Notes under the pieces: generated by a model
Seen by the model: the letters and a program-made list of their open reading frames with translations, nothing else
The model's database searches: none
What the model was told of the DNA's origin: nothing
Assembly (NCBI GenBank): GCA_003569365.1
Contig: BGOS01000003.1
Coordinates: 192,315 to 256,314, forward strand
Direction: 5' to 3'
Source of the DNA: Anaerolineaceae bacterium
Lineage (GTDB): Bacteria; Chloroflexota; Anaerolineae; Anaerolineales; UBA11657
DNA: 64,000 bases
Shown here: positions 26,386-35,952 of the stretch, one piece after another
How the letters are laid out: the number at the start of each line of letters is the position of its first letter
Numbering within the stretch: position 1 is the first letter of the stretch
Made by a program: the position numbers and the translations under genes

Positions 26386-27158
26386 GTGCTGTGCAACGGG
26401 TGGCTTGGGTTACGGGGGCGGGGCGGGGCATTGGCGAGGTTACTGCGCGCGAGCTGGCGGCTGCCGGTTACAAGGTGGCTGTGTCTGCGCGAACAGTAAA
26501 CGATGTTGAGCGTGTCGCGGAATCGATCTGTGCGGCTGGCGGAATTGCGGTGGCCGTGCCATGTGATGTGACGCTGCCGGCTTCGGTGTCGGCGGCTGCC
26601 GGTCGCATTAGCGCCGCGCTGGGGGTGGTGGGTGTCTTGATCAACAATGCCGGGGCTGCAGAGTCGCATAAGTTTGTGGGGCATGACGATGAACTCTGGC
26701 AGCGCATGCTGAACGCAAATCTCAATTCTGTATATTTTGTGACGAAGTCCGTTGTCGGGGGAATGGTTGCAGCAAACTGGGGGCGAATTGTGACGGTGGC
26801 TTCGATTGCTGCGCGGGTGGGGGGCAAATACATCGCCGCGTATACGGCCAGCAAACATGGCGTGCTGGGACTTACCCGCGCGCTTGCGGTGGAACTCGTC
26901 GCGCATAATATTACGGTGAATGCAGTTTGTCCGGGGTATGTTGACACCGCCATGACCGCAAACTCAGTGGAAAACATCAGCAGGCGCACCAACACTAGTC
27001 TCGATGAAGCGCGGGCGGCCCTTGAAAAGTTGAATCCGCAGCAGCGTTTAATCGCGCCGGCAGAAGTGGCGCGCGTTGTGCTGATGTTGGCAGGGGAAGC
27101 GAGTGCTGGGATTACGGGCCAAGCCATCAACGTTGATGGCGGCATGGTGATGAGCTAG
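26382..27158 (+). CDS. Short-chain dehydrogenase/reductase (3-hydroxyacyl-CoA dehydrogenase-like)
   Basis: ATG at 26382 forms an ATGA overlap with the upstream stop. Motifs VTGAGRGIG, NNAG, YTASKHG (YxxxK). Confidence 0.85.
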   Translation: MSAVQRVAWVTGAGRGIGEVTARELAAAGYKVAVSARTVNDVERVAESICAAGGIAVAVPCDVTLPASVSAAAGRISAALGVVGVLINNAGAAESHKFVGHDDELWQRMLNANLNSVYFVTKSVVGGMVAANWGRIVTVASIAARVGGKYIAAYTASKHGVLGLTRALAVELVAHNITVNAVCPGYVDTAMTANSVENISRRTNTSLDEARAALEKLNPQQRLIAPAEVARVVLMLAGEASAGITGQAINVDGGMVMS

Positions 27159-27257
27159 AGCGTGTTGTGTGCGTGCGGCTTTCGGCACTTTACGGCGATG
27201 GCACTCGTCTATGATATTTCGAGTGCTCAACTTGGAAGCTGGTGTGGCTAGGGTGCT

Positions 27258-28057
27258 ATGAAGCGGGATAAGTTTGACTTCGAGTATGTGGTGCGCGACG
27301 GAGTGGCGACGATCACCCTCAATCGGCCAGAGGTGTTAAACGCACTGACATTCGAAATCTATGCGCAGCTGCGGGACTTGTTCGAGGAGTTGCGCTACGA
27401 AGATGAGTGAAGGCGGTTGTGATTACCGGCGCCGGGCGCGGGTTTTGCTCAGGCGGGGATGTACACAAGATTATTGGCGAAATGCTCGGGCGTGACATGC
27501 ATGCGCACCTTGAGTTTTGCCGGATGACGGGACATTTAATTCGGAATATGCGCTTGCTTCCCAAGCCGATCGTGGCGGCCGTGAATGGGTTGGCAGCGGG
27601 GGCCGGTGCTGTAATTGCACTTGCCGCTGACTTCCGGGTGCTGGCTGACAGTGCGCGTTTCGCATTCTTGTTTAGTCGCGTGGGACTTACGGGCGCAGAC
27701 ATGGGGGCGGCTTTCTTGCTGCCGCGGGTTGTTGGGCAGGGGCGCGCTGCGGAGTTGCTGATGCTGGGCGATGACTTGGATGCGGCTGCTGCCGAGCGGT
27801 GCGGACTGGCGAACCGCGTAGTTTCCGGAGAGCGGGTACTGGAGGTGGCGCAGGAGCTGGCGCTGCGGTTGGCTGCCGGCCCGGTGTATGCGACCGGGGT
27901 TACCAAACTCATGCTGAACAATGCGTGGACGATGGACATTAGCACTGCGCTGGAGTCTGAGGCGCAAGCGCAGGCGTTGATGATGATGGGCGCTGATCAC
28001 CGCGCTTTTTACGAAGCGTTTGTTGATAAACGGGCGGCCAAGTTCACGGGTCGGTGA
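27258..28057 (+). pseudogene. Enoyl-CoA hydratase/isomerase (crotonase), split by a 1-nt frameshift at 27407-27410
   Basis: A 50-codon ORF at 27258..27410 (MKRDKFDFEYVVRDGVATITLNRPEVLNALTFEIYAQLRDLFEELRYEDE*) is the crotonase N-terminus. ORF 27407..28057 continues with VKAVVITGAGRGFCSGGD...AAVNGLAAGAGAVIALAADFR. Together they form one canonical domain. Confidence 0.8.
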
Positions 28058-28085
28058 GTGATGAATTGGTTTAAGGTGGAGCGGC

Positions 28086-28490
28086 ATGAAGCGACAGGTT
28101 ATTAATCCTGCAAGCCTTGCGCCGCCATCGGGCTACGTCTACGGTTTGGCTACAGAGGGCGGGCGCGTGCTGCACCTTGCGGGTCAAACCAGCATGGACG
28201 CGAGCGGGCGGATTGTTTTCCCCGGAGATATTGTGGCGCAATTCGGCCAAGCGCTTGCAAATATATTGTGTGTGGTGGAGGCAGCTGGCGGTGACGGCAG
28301 TGCGATTGTGAAGCTCACCATTTTTGTCATTGATAAACGGGGCTACCGTGAAAATTTGCGCCGCGTCGGCGAGAAGTACCGGTCACTGATGGGGAAGCAT
28401 TATCCGCCCATGACGCTGGTGGAAGTAAAGAGCTTGTTTGATGACGAAGCCATGGTTGAGATTGAGGGTGTGGCTGTGCTCGATAGCTGA
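28086..28490 (+). CDS. RidA/YjgF-family enamine/imine deaminase
   Basis: 134 aa. Motifs LHLAGQTSMD, typical RidA length, C-terminal VEIEGVAV. Confidence 0.9.
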   Translation: MKRQVINPASLAPPSGYVYGLATEGGRVLHLAGQTSMDASGRIVFPGDIVAQFGQALANILCVVEAAGGDGSAIVKLTIFVIDKRGYRENLRRVGEKYRSLMGKHYPPMTLVEVKSLFDDEAMVEIEGVAVLDS

Positions 28491-28608
28491 ATGTGGATCA
28501 ATGCTCACATGCATGGGGCGCCGAGATTTCGACGTGTGGGTGCTTTTGTTTGGACAACAAAATGAGCAGCCTGCGAACCGGCCGTGCTTGGGTTGGTAGC
28601 TGGTAATT

Positions 28609-29766
28609 ATGGAATTTTCACTTAGCGCTACGCAAGCGGCGGTACAACAGCTTGCGCGCAAGTTTGCTGATGAGCGCGTGGCTCCCCTCTCGCGAGAGAT
28701 GGATGAGCAAGGTGCCATGCCACTTGCCCTTATTTCAGATATGGCTGCGGTGGGTCTGCTGGGTGGTCCGTTGCCCGCTGAGCATGGCGGCGGAGCGTGG
28801 GATAAAGTGAGCGCGGCTCTCTGTTATGAGGAGCTGGGCCGGGTTGATTCATCGGTCCGGGGTTTTATGACTGTGCACTCCAGCCTTGTTGCGCAGTGCA
28901 TCCAGCAGTGGGGCAGCGTGGAGCAGCGCCGGCAGTATTTGCCGATGCTTATTTCTGCAGAGAGCATCGGCTGTTACTGCCTGACTGAGCCGAATGCAGG
29001 TAGTGATGCGGCCAGCATGGAGGCAACGGCTGTGCCAGATGGAGCGGGCTACCGGCTGAATGGGGAGAAAATCTGGATTACTAATGGCGGCATTGCACAG
29101 CTGGCAATTGTGTTTGCGAGCACGGACCGCACGCTGCGCCACAAAGGAGTGGGCGCATTTCTGGTGCCGACTAATGCGCCAGGATTTGTGCGTCGCAAAA
29201 TGCCGGGGCGCGAACTCGGCCATCGCGCAGCGGATCATGCCCACATTCGTCTGGAGAATATTTACGTTCCGGTCGATTCTATGTTGGGCGGGCCCGGCGA
29301 GGGTTTTCGGGTGGCCATGTCTGCGCTGGACCATGGGCGCCTGGGTGTGGCGGCGGGCGCCGTCGGAGTGGCGCAAGCCTGCCTGGATGCGAGTGTTGCG
29401 TTTGCGCGTGAGCGGCGCCAGTTTGGGCAGCGTGTGGGTGATTTTCAAATGATACAAGCTGCGCTGGCAGACATGGCGGCTGATGTGGAAGCAGCGCGGC
29501 AGCTCACCCTGCGGGCAGCATGGATGCAGGATCAGGGTCTCAAATCCACCCGCGCTACGTCGATCGCGAAATTGTTTGCAGTGGAGGCGGCGGTGCGGGC
29601 TGCCAACGAGGCGGTGTTGCTGCATGGCGGCCGTGGTTACACCAATGAGTATCCGGTGGAACGGTATTTGCGCGATATCAAAGGCTTGCAGATCTACGAG
29701 GGTACAGCGCACATCCAGCGCATAGTGATTGCGCGTGACTTGCTCGGCAAGGATACTGTGCCATAA
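28609..29766 (+). CDS. Acyl-CoA dehydrogenase
   Basis: 385 aa. Motifs CLTEPNAGSDA, WITNGG, GRGYTNEYPVERYLRD, QIYEGT. Confidence 0.9.
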   Translation: MEFSLSATQAAVQQLARKFADERVAPLSREMDEQGAMPLALISDMAAVGLLGGPLPAEHGGGAWDKVSAALCYEELGRVDSSVRGFMTVHSSLVAQCIQQWGSVEQRRQYLPMLISAESIGCYCLTEPNAGSDAASMEATAVPDGAGYRLNGEKIWITNGGIAQLAIVFASTDRTLRHKGVGAFLVPTNAPGFVRRKMPGRELGHRAADHAHIRLENIYVPVDSMLGGPGEGFRVAMSALDHGRLGVAAGAVGVAQACLDASVAFARERRQFGQRVGDFQMIQAALADMAADVEAARQLTLRAAWMQDQGLKSTRATSIAKLFAVEAAVRAANEAVLLHGGRGYTNEYPVERYLRDIKGLQIYEGTAHIQRIVIARDLLGKDTVP

Positions 29767-29815
29767 GTGGACTGAGGCAGTTGGTACTGCTCGTTTCTAG
29801 TTCGCGGAGGTAAAT

Positions 29816-31366
29816 TTGAAAGCATCTGATCTTCCCCTGGTCTACAACAGCGTGGCAATATTGGAGCATAACCTTGAGCAACGCGCGGACAAGGTGGCTC
29901 TCCTTACCCCGGAGCGCGAGCTTACATTCCGGCAAGTGTCGGAAGAGGTCAATCGTCTCGGAAACGCACTAAAGAGCTTGGATGTGCGCATGGGCGAGTA
30001 TGTGGGAATTCTTGCGCCGGATTGTGCGGAGTGGGCCGTATCCTATTTTGCAATCATGAAGATCGGGGCTATCGCGGTTGGGATGAATACTTTGCTGAAG
30101 CCGCTTGAGCATTTGTATGCGCTCAGGGATTGCCGGGCGCGGGTGCTAATCATTCATCAATCACTGCTGGCCAGCTTGCAAGGCATCCGCGACCAGCTTG
30201 ATTTCGTCGCAAACATCATTGTGGTGGGCGGTGGCGGCGAGGCCGGAGACTTGGAATACCGGTCCGTGGTGGCAGCCGGAGGAGTTCAGCTTTTGAGTGC
30301 GCCGACGCAGCGCGAGGATTACTGTGCGCTGAATTACTCCAGTGGCAGTACCGGGGAGCCCAAGGGCATTTTGCATGCGCATAAGGATCTTGCGCTTACA
30401 GCGCAGCTATGGGCCGTTGATGTGCTTGGTTTGCGTGAGAGCGATCGGACACTTGCGACGGCTAAATTATTCTTCACATTTGGTACGGGCGGCAATCTAG
30501 TATTCCCGTGGTATGTTGGAGCCAGCTGTGTTCTGATGGCTGCGCCGCCGCGGGTGGTGGGTAACGTGCTGGAGCATGTGCAGCGCTTTCAGCCGACGAT
30601 CCTGTATCACGCGCCGACTGGTTACGCTGCGGTGTTGGCAAATGAGGATTTTGTGGCTGGGAAGTATGACATATCTTCTGTGCGGCTGTGCGTGTCGGCC
30701 GGCGAGTCTTTGCCGGCTTCTGTGTGGCAGGCGTGGAAGGATCGGACGGGACTGGACATCATCGATGGCATCGGGGCCACAGAGGTGTGGCATATTTTCA
30801 TTTCCAACCGGCCTGGTGACATCCGGCCGGGAAGCAGTGGCAAGCCAGTGGCCGGCTACGATGTGCGTATCGTTGACGAAGAGGGCGCAGCGGTTGCGCA
30901 GGGCGAAGTTGGCAATCTCCTCGTGCGCGGGGAGTCTACTGCGCTTGGCTATCTGCATCAATCGGAAAAAAGTCGCAAGACATTTCTCGGGGAGTGGTTG
31001 TTTACTGGCGACAAGTATCAGGTGGATGCCGATGGTTACTACTGGCATGCGGGCCGGTCTGATGACATGTTGAAGGTTGGAGGAATTTGGGTGTCGCCGG
31101 TGGAAGTGGAGAGCACACTGGTGAGTCATGCGGCGGTGCTTGAGTGTGCGGTGGTTGGGCAACAGGACGCATCTAATCTGGTTAAACCTAAGGCATTTGT
31201 GGTTTTGAAGGAGGGTGTGGCTGCCAGCGACCAAACGCGCGATGACTTGGTGGCTTACTGCCGCGAAAAAATGGCAGATTACAAACGTCCGCGCTGGATA
31301 GAATTTGTAGATCAGCTGCCTAAGACTGCAACCGGCAAGGTGCAAAGATTTCGGCTGCGGGGATAG
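29816..31366 (+). CDS. Aryl-CoA ligase of the benzoate/2-aminobenzoate-CoA ligase family (AMP-binding)
   Basis: 516 aa. TTG start after GGAGG. Motifs YSSGSTGEPKG, TGD, KVGGIWVSP, and C-terminal PKTATGKVQRFRLR. Confidence 0.85.
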   Translation: MKASDLPLVYNSVAILEHNLEQRADKVALLTPERELTFRQVSEEVNRLGNALKSLDVRMGEYVGILAPDCAEWAVSYFAIMKIGAIAVGMNTLLKPLEHLYALRDCRARVLIIHQSLLASLQGIRDQLDFVANIIVVGGGGEAGDLEYRSVVAAGGVQLLSAPTQREDYCALNYSSGSTGEPKGILHAHKDLALTAQLWAVDVLGLRESDRTLATAKLFFTFGTGGNLVFPWYVGASCVLMAAPPRVVGNVLEHVQRFQPTILYHAPTGYAAVLANEDFVAGKYDISSVRLCVSAGESLPASVWQAWKDRTGLDIIDGIGATEVWHIFISNRPGDIRPGSSGKPVAGYDVRIVDEEGAAVAQGEVGNLLVRGESTALGYLHQSEKSRKTFLGEWLFTGDKYQVDADGYYWHAGRSDDMLKVGGIWVSPVEVESTLVSHAAVLECAVVGQQDASNLVKPKAFVVLKEGVAASDQTRDDLVAYCREKMADYKRPRWIEFVDQLPKTATGKVQRFRLRG

Positions 31367-31605
31367 GCTGTCTATTTTCAGCCGCTAACCCATTCTCTTG
31401 GATGGTTTTGCGTGGCTCCTGAAGCGTGGTTGGATAAAGTTCACAGAGTAGACTAGTGGTTGCATAGTATCGCCGCAGCAAGAATTGGGATGGCAATGTT
31501 CGCTGCAGTACTGGAAATATGTAGTTGTGGGTGCAGTTGGCGCCGGGGTATGTCTCCAGCGCGTCGCGCCAGTTGTTGTTGGAAACGAGCTGTGAGGATA
31601 CATTG

Positions 31606-33957
31606 ATGACAGATACGGGTAAGGTGCATCGCTATTTGGGAAAAGGCCATAGGTTAATTGAAGGTCAGGATAAGGTGTCCGGGCGTGTTAAGTACACTGC
31701 TGATCTAAGGCTGGCCGGGATGGTCTACTTGCGTCCGGTCCTTAGCCCCCATGCGCATGCTTCGATTGTTTCTTACAAGCTTGATGCGGCGCGGCTGGTT
31801 CCGGGAGTGGTTGCTGTGCTGACTGATGAGGATTTGTGCACCAGAGATACGGTGATTAATTCCCGGTCCAGCGCCGTGCTCGCGCGCGGTGTTGTTATGT
31901 TTAGAGGCCAGCCGGTGGTGGCTGTGGTGGCGGAGAGTGAGGCAGCGGCGCAGAGTGGGGCTGATGCGGTTGAGATCGAGTACTCACCACTGCCGGCTGT
32001 GGTTGATCCGGAGCGGGCAATTAAGGCCGATGCGCATGTGCTGTGGCCGAATGGTGTGCCCAAAGAGGGCGCGGACTTGACGGCGCAGCACGGTGCCAGT
32101 GCGAAGGAGACTGCCAAGGTTGTGCGTGCATACTCCAACCTGCATAATGAGCATCATTTCGGGCGCGGTAATGTCGAGCATGGTTTCGAGGAGGCTCACG
32201 TCGTCATCGAGCGGGTGTACCGGACTCCGATTGTGCATCAGGGATACATGGAGCCGCATTCGGTGGTGTGTGATCCGGATACGCTTGCCCAGAGCATCAC
32301 CATCTACACAAGCACGCAGGGGCAATACATTGTGCGGGACGAAACCGCGCGAATTCTTCGCCTACCCAAACGGCAAGTGCGGGTGGTGCCGATGGCAGTT
32401 GGTGGTGGATTTGGCGCAAAGTATGGCTCGCTTGAGCCGTTGGTGGGGGCTGTGGCGCTGGCGATTGGCCGACCGGTGCAGCTTGTGCTAACGCGGTCAG
32501 AAGATTTTCTAACCACCACGCCGTCCCCGGCTTGCATTATTGAATTGAAGACGGGTGCGAGCCGGGATGGAAAAATCACCGCGATTGAGGCGCGCGTCAA
32601 GCTGGATAATGGTGTGTTTCCATTTGAGCTTGGTGGAATTGTGGGAATGCTGCTCGGGGGCTACTATAAGTGCGCCAATGTAGATATTAAGTGCTTAGAG
32701 GTACTTACAAATAAACCACAAAGCGGCGCCTATCGGGCGCCGGGTGCTCCTTCCGCAACACTGGCGATTGAATCGAACGTTGATGACATGGCGCACGCGC
32801 TTGGAATTGATCCACTTGAATTTCGCTATGCCAATGCGGCTGAGACGGGTGACCCATGTGGCAACGGCGATCCTTGGCCGAATATTGGACTGAAGCAGTG
32901 TTTGGAGCGAATGCGAGTACATCCTTTATGGCAGCAGCGGCGAGGTAGTACTGGCGTGCGAACGGAGAATGTCCATAATGGACGATCTTTCAAATCCGGC
33001 TTAGGCAGCGATCGAAAGCAGACCGGGGTTGGGATTGCGGTCGGAGGCTGGCCTTGCGGAATGGGGCCTGCGTCGGCGGTGTGCCGGGTCGACTCGGATG
33101 GCACTGTGCGAGTGCACGTAGGTACTGTTGATGTGTCTGGATCCAACAGTAGTTATGTGCTGGTTGCGGCTGAGGTGCTTGGTGTATCCCCGGACAAGAT
33201 TGAGATTGTGCAGGGTGACACCAGTAGTGGCCCATTCGGGCCTCCAAGTGGCGGAAGCCAAACTACTTACAGTACGGCTGGTGCGGTGGCGGGCGCTGCG
33301 CAAGTGGTGCGGGACCGGCTGCTGCAGATGGCCAGTGATCACTTTGAGGCTAGCGTGGATGATTTGGAAGTACGCGATGGTTTTGTTTTTGTGAAGGGGG
33401 TTCCTGATCGGAGTGTGGGTTTTGGCGCGCTGGCTTCTACAGCTGAGAGTAAAAAAGGTGGCCCGGGACCGGTAATTGGTGAGGGGCGGGCTGCGGTTGA
33501 GGAAAATGCGCCGGGATTTGTGGTTCATCTTGCCAAGGTGGAGATAGATACTGACACCGGGCATGTGGAAGTTGTGGATTATGTTGCGATACAAGATGTC
33601 GGCTTTGCACTCAACCCGACGATGGTGGAGGGTCAGATTCACGGGGGGGTGGCGCAGGGGATTGGCTGGGGGTTGCATGAAGCGATGCTGTACGATGACA
33701 ACGGTCAGTTGCTTACCGGTACTTTTATGGACTACGATTTACCCAAGATTGAGCAAGTACCAAATATGGAAGTAATCCTAATAGAGAATCCTTCGCCGCT
33801 TGGCCCGTTTGGTGCGCGCGGTATTGGTGAGCCGCCGATTGTGCCGGGTGCGGCGGCAATTGGCAACGCGATTAGAGATGCAATCGGGGCCCGGCTTTGC
33901 GAATTGCCGATGCGCCCCGAGGCTGTGTGGCGAGCGCTTCAAAGTATCGAACGATAG
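31606..33957 (+). CDS. Xanthine-dehydrogenase/aldehyde-oxidase-family molybdopterin-binding subunit
   Basis: I chose the ATG at 31606 (MTDTGKVHRYLGKGHRLIEGQDKVSGRVKYTADL), preceded by GAGGA. Motifs GGGFG, YRAPG, and GIGEPP near the C-terminus. Confidence 0.85.
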   Translation: MTDTGKVHRYLGKGHRLIEGQDKVSGRVKYTADLRLAGMVYLRPVLSPHAHASIVSYKLDAARLVPGVVAVLTDEDLCTRDTVINSRSSAVLARGVVMFRGQPVVAVVAESEAAAQSGADAVEIEYSPLPAVVDPERAIKADAHVLWPNGVPKEGADLTAQHGASAKETAKVVRAYSNLHNEHHFGRGNVEHGFEEAHVVIERVYRTPIVHQGYMEPHSVVCDPDTLAQSITIYTSTQGQYIVRDETARILRLPKRQVRVVPMAVGGGFGAKYGSLEPLVGAVALAIGRPVQLVLTRSEDFLTTTPSPACIIELKTGASRDGKITAIEARVKLDNGVFPFELGGIVGMLLGGYYKCANVDIKCLEVLTNKPQSGAYRAPGAPSATLAIESNVDDMAHALGIDPLEFRYANAAETGDPCGNGDPWPNIGLKQCLERMRVHPLWQQRRGSTGVRTENVHNGRSFKSGLGSDRKQTGVGIAVGGWPCGMGPASAVCRVDSDGTVRVHVGTVDVSGSNSSYVLVAAEVLGVSPDKIEIVQGDTSSGPFGPPSGGSQTTYSTAGAVAGAAQVVRDRLLQMASDHFEASVDDLEVRDGFVFVKGVPDRSVGFGALASTAESKKGGPGPVIGEGRAAVEENAPGFVVHLAKVEIDTDTGHVEVVDYVAIQDVGFALNPTMVEGQIHGGVAQGIGWGLHEAMLYDDNGQLLTGTFMDYDLPKIEQVPNMEVILIENPSPLGPFGARGIGEPPIVPGAAAIGNAIRDAIGARLCELPMRPEAVWRALQSIER

Positions 33958-34085
33958 AGGAAGGGCGCACATTTACGACGAACAACCGTCCGCTACACCG
34001 CGAATTTCACCAGCTTGTCTTTAAGGTTCGGTGAAGGTCAGAGGGGGAGTTTTGAAGTGCGGTAGGTTCTTACGGGGAATAGGGA

Positions 34086-35309
34086 ATGCAATTTGATTTA
34101 GTTATCAAGGGCGGCACTGTTGTTTCGCCTGGCTGCAGGAGCGGCAGACTTGATGTTGCCATAAAGGGTAACCGAATCGCTGCGATTGAGAGCAGCTTTC
34201 CGCCTGATGCTGCGGCGCGAGTTGTGGACGCCGGCGGACTGATCGTGACTCCGGGCTTGGTTGATCTCCATACCCACGTTTATCACAACGCAACCTATTG
34301 GGGAATTGTTGCTGATCCGGTGGCGGCGCGAACCGGGGTGACAACCTGGCTGGATGTGGGTTCGGCGGGTGCCTACAATTTTGGGGGGTTCAGGCGTTGG
34401 ATTGTTGAACCTTCTCATGCAAGGATTTTTGCTCTCCTTAATATTTCATCGATCGGGTTAGCAGCTCCGACCTGGGAGTTGGCAAATCTTAATTATTGCG
34501 ACGTCGATATGTGCTGCCGCATTGTTGATGTTAGTCGCGATTTAATTTTGGGTATCAAGTGCAGAATGGATGCTAATACCACTGGCGGGAGTATGGAGCC
34601 GCTGCGACGGGCGCGGAGTGCTGCCGATAACTGTGGGCTGCCTTTGATGGTGCATGTGGGCATCGGTCCGCCGACCATCGAGCAGGTTTTGGATTTGATG
34701 CGGCCGGGCGATATTCTCACGCACTGTTTTACCGGTCACAACATGCGGATTGTTGATGAACGTGGGCTGTTGCTTGAGTGCGCCAAAAGAGCGCGTGATA
34801 CGGGTGTGGTGTTTGACATTGGGCATGGCGCAGGCAGTTTTTCATTCGATACGGCGCGGGCGTTGATTGGTAATGGTTATCTTCCGGATGTTATTTCGTC
34901 TGATATTCACCAGCTCAGTGTGAACGGCCCGCTATTTGATCTGCCCACGTGTTTGAGCAAGTTCCTGGCTCTTGGCATGTCTTTGGAGGATGTGGTGCGG
35001 GCGGCGACGGTCCGGCCGGCGTCCGTAATGCGCATGGAGCATGAGATCGGTTCGATTCGGGTTGGAGCTCTGGCTGATATTGCGTTGTTCCGGCTTGTGG
35101 AGGGAAATTTTTCTTTTTACGATGTGTTCATGCAGCGGTTGGATGGGAAGCAGTTGTTAGTTAATCAGCTGACTATTTGTGACGGGCGCGAGATGGTGTG
35201 TATGCCAGACGGCGCGCGCGCGCCTTGGATTGAGTTGAGCGCAGACCAGCGCAACCTGGCGGAGTGGGGCCATACGCCGGAGTCGATGGGGCGGTCTAAA
35301 TCCACCTGA
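34086..35309 (+). CDS. Amidohydrolase/deacetylase-family metallohydrolase
   Basis: 407 aa. Motifs LVIKGGTVV, TPGLVDLHTHVY (HxH), MVHVG, FDIGHGAGSF. Confidence 0.75.
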   Translation: MQFDLVIKGGTVVSPGCRSGRLDVAIKGNRIAAIESSFPPDAAARVVDAGGLIVTPGLVDLHTHVYHNATYWGIVADPVAARTGVTTWLDVGSAGAYNFGGFRRWIVEPSHARIFALLNISSIGLAAPTWELANLNYCDVDMCCRIVDVSRDLILGIKCRMDANTTGGSMEPLRRARSAADNCGLPLMVHVGIGPPTIEQVLDLMRPGDILTHCFTGHNMRIVDERGLLLECAKRARDTGVVFDIGHGAGSFSFDTARALIGNGYLPDVISSDIHQLSVNGPLFDLPTCLSKFLALGMSLEDVVRAATVRPASVMRMEHEIGSIRVGALADIALFRLVEGNFSFYDVFMQRLDGKQLLVNQLTICDGREMVCMPDGARAPWIELSADQRNLAEWGHTPESMGRSKST

Positions 35310-35952
35310 TACGGACGGTAGGCCGTTTGAGTGCGATCTGCGCTTCCGCGGCTGAGGGTCAACGGTAAAAAGTTCCGCCATTCGTTGGGCAAACAGTTGA
35401 TGGTTGTGTTTTATCGGGGTTTTCTGCGCTGAGCGACCTGGGTAATCGGTTGTGAATTGTGATTGGGAGTGAGATTGGGTCGACTTGTACTGGCGCGCGG
35501 TCTGAGATTAAGGAATTAGGCGTGTGACTCCATGCGCTGCAACGCCAGACTTTCGGCAGGCTAGACTGCGCTTGAATTACAGGTGTTCTGAATGGGACGC
35601 CGGGAAGCTGTCACCGGAACCCTGGGGTGAGGTGGGCCTCGATGGCAGGTTGGGTACGTGGCACATGATTTGTGTCGGCTTGAGTTGAGGCGGAGACTTC
35701 AAGTGAAACACGCCGTTTTTGTTAGTTTGCCGGAGTTAGGGCGTCAATTGGGGCGGAATGGTGGGGGGGTGAGGTAGTAAGTTCCTTTCGTCGGATTAGT
35801 TGTACAGAGATTGTTTGAGATTGTATAAGCGATACACTCTGTGACCAAAGGTTCTAGCAATGGTTACTTTTATTCGGAGTGTTGGCGGGCAGAGGTGGCG
35901 CAATTTGGTGGGCGTGTACGGGGTTTTTTTCATGTGGCTGCTGACGACTGGC

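Noticed and set aside
31525-31605. N-terminal extensions offered by the ORF track: XDH subunit from 31525, MORN protein from 63248, potC from 46378, permease from 17633, AKR from 55596, DDN from 55057
   Set aside because: The extensions are compositionally odd. They lack RBSs or create long gene overlaps. Internal starts give canonical family N-termini or signal peptides, with RBS or ATGA coupling.
35310-35952. Cobalamin or NiCo riboswitch call for the cbiM leader
   Set aside because: I could not find the B12 box or AGGGAA core, or the NiCo junction consensus. It is kept only as an unexplained long leader in the findings, not as an RNA feature.
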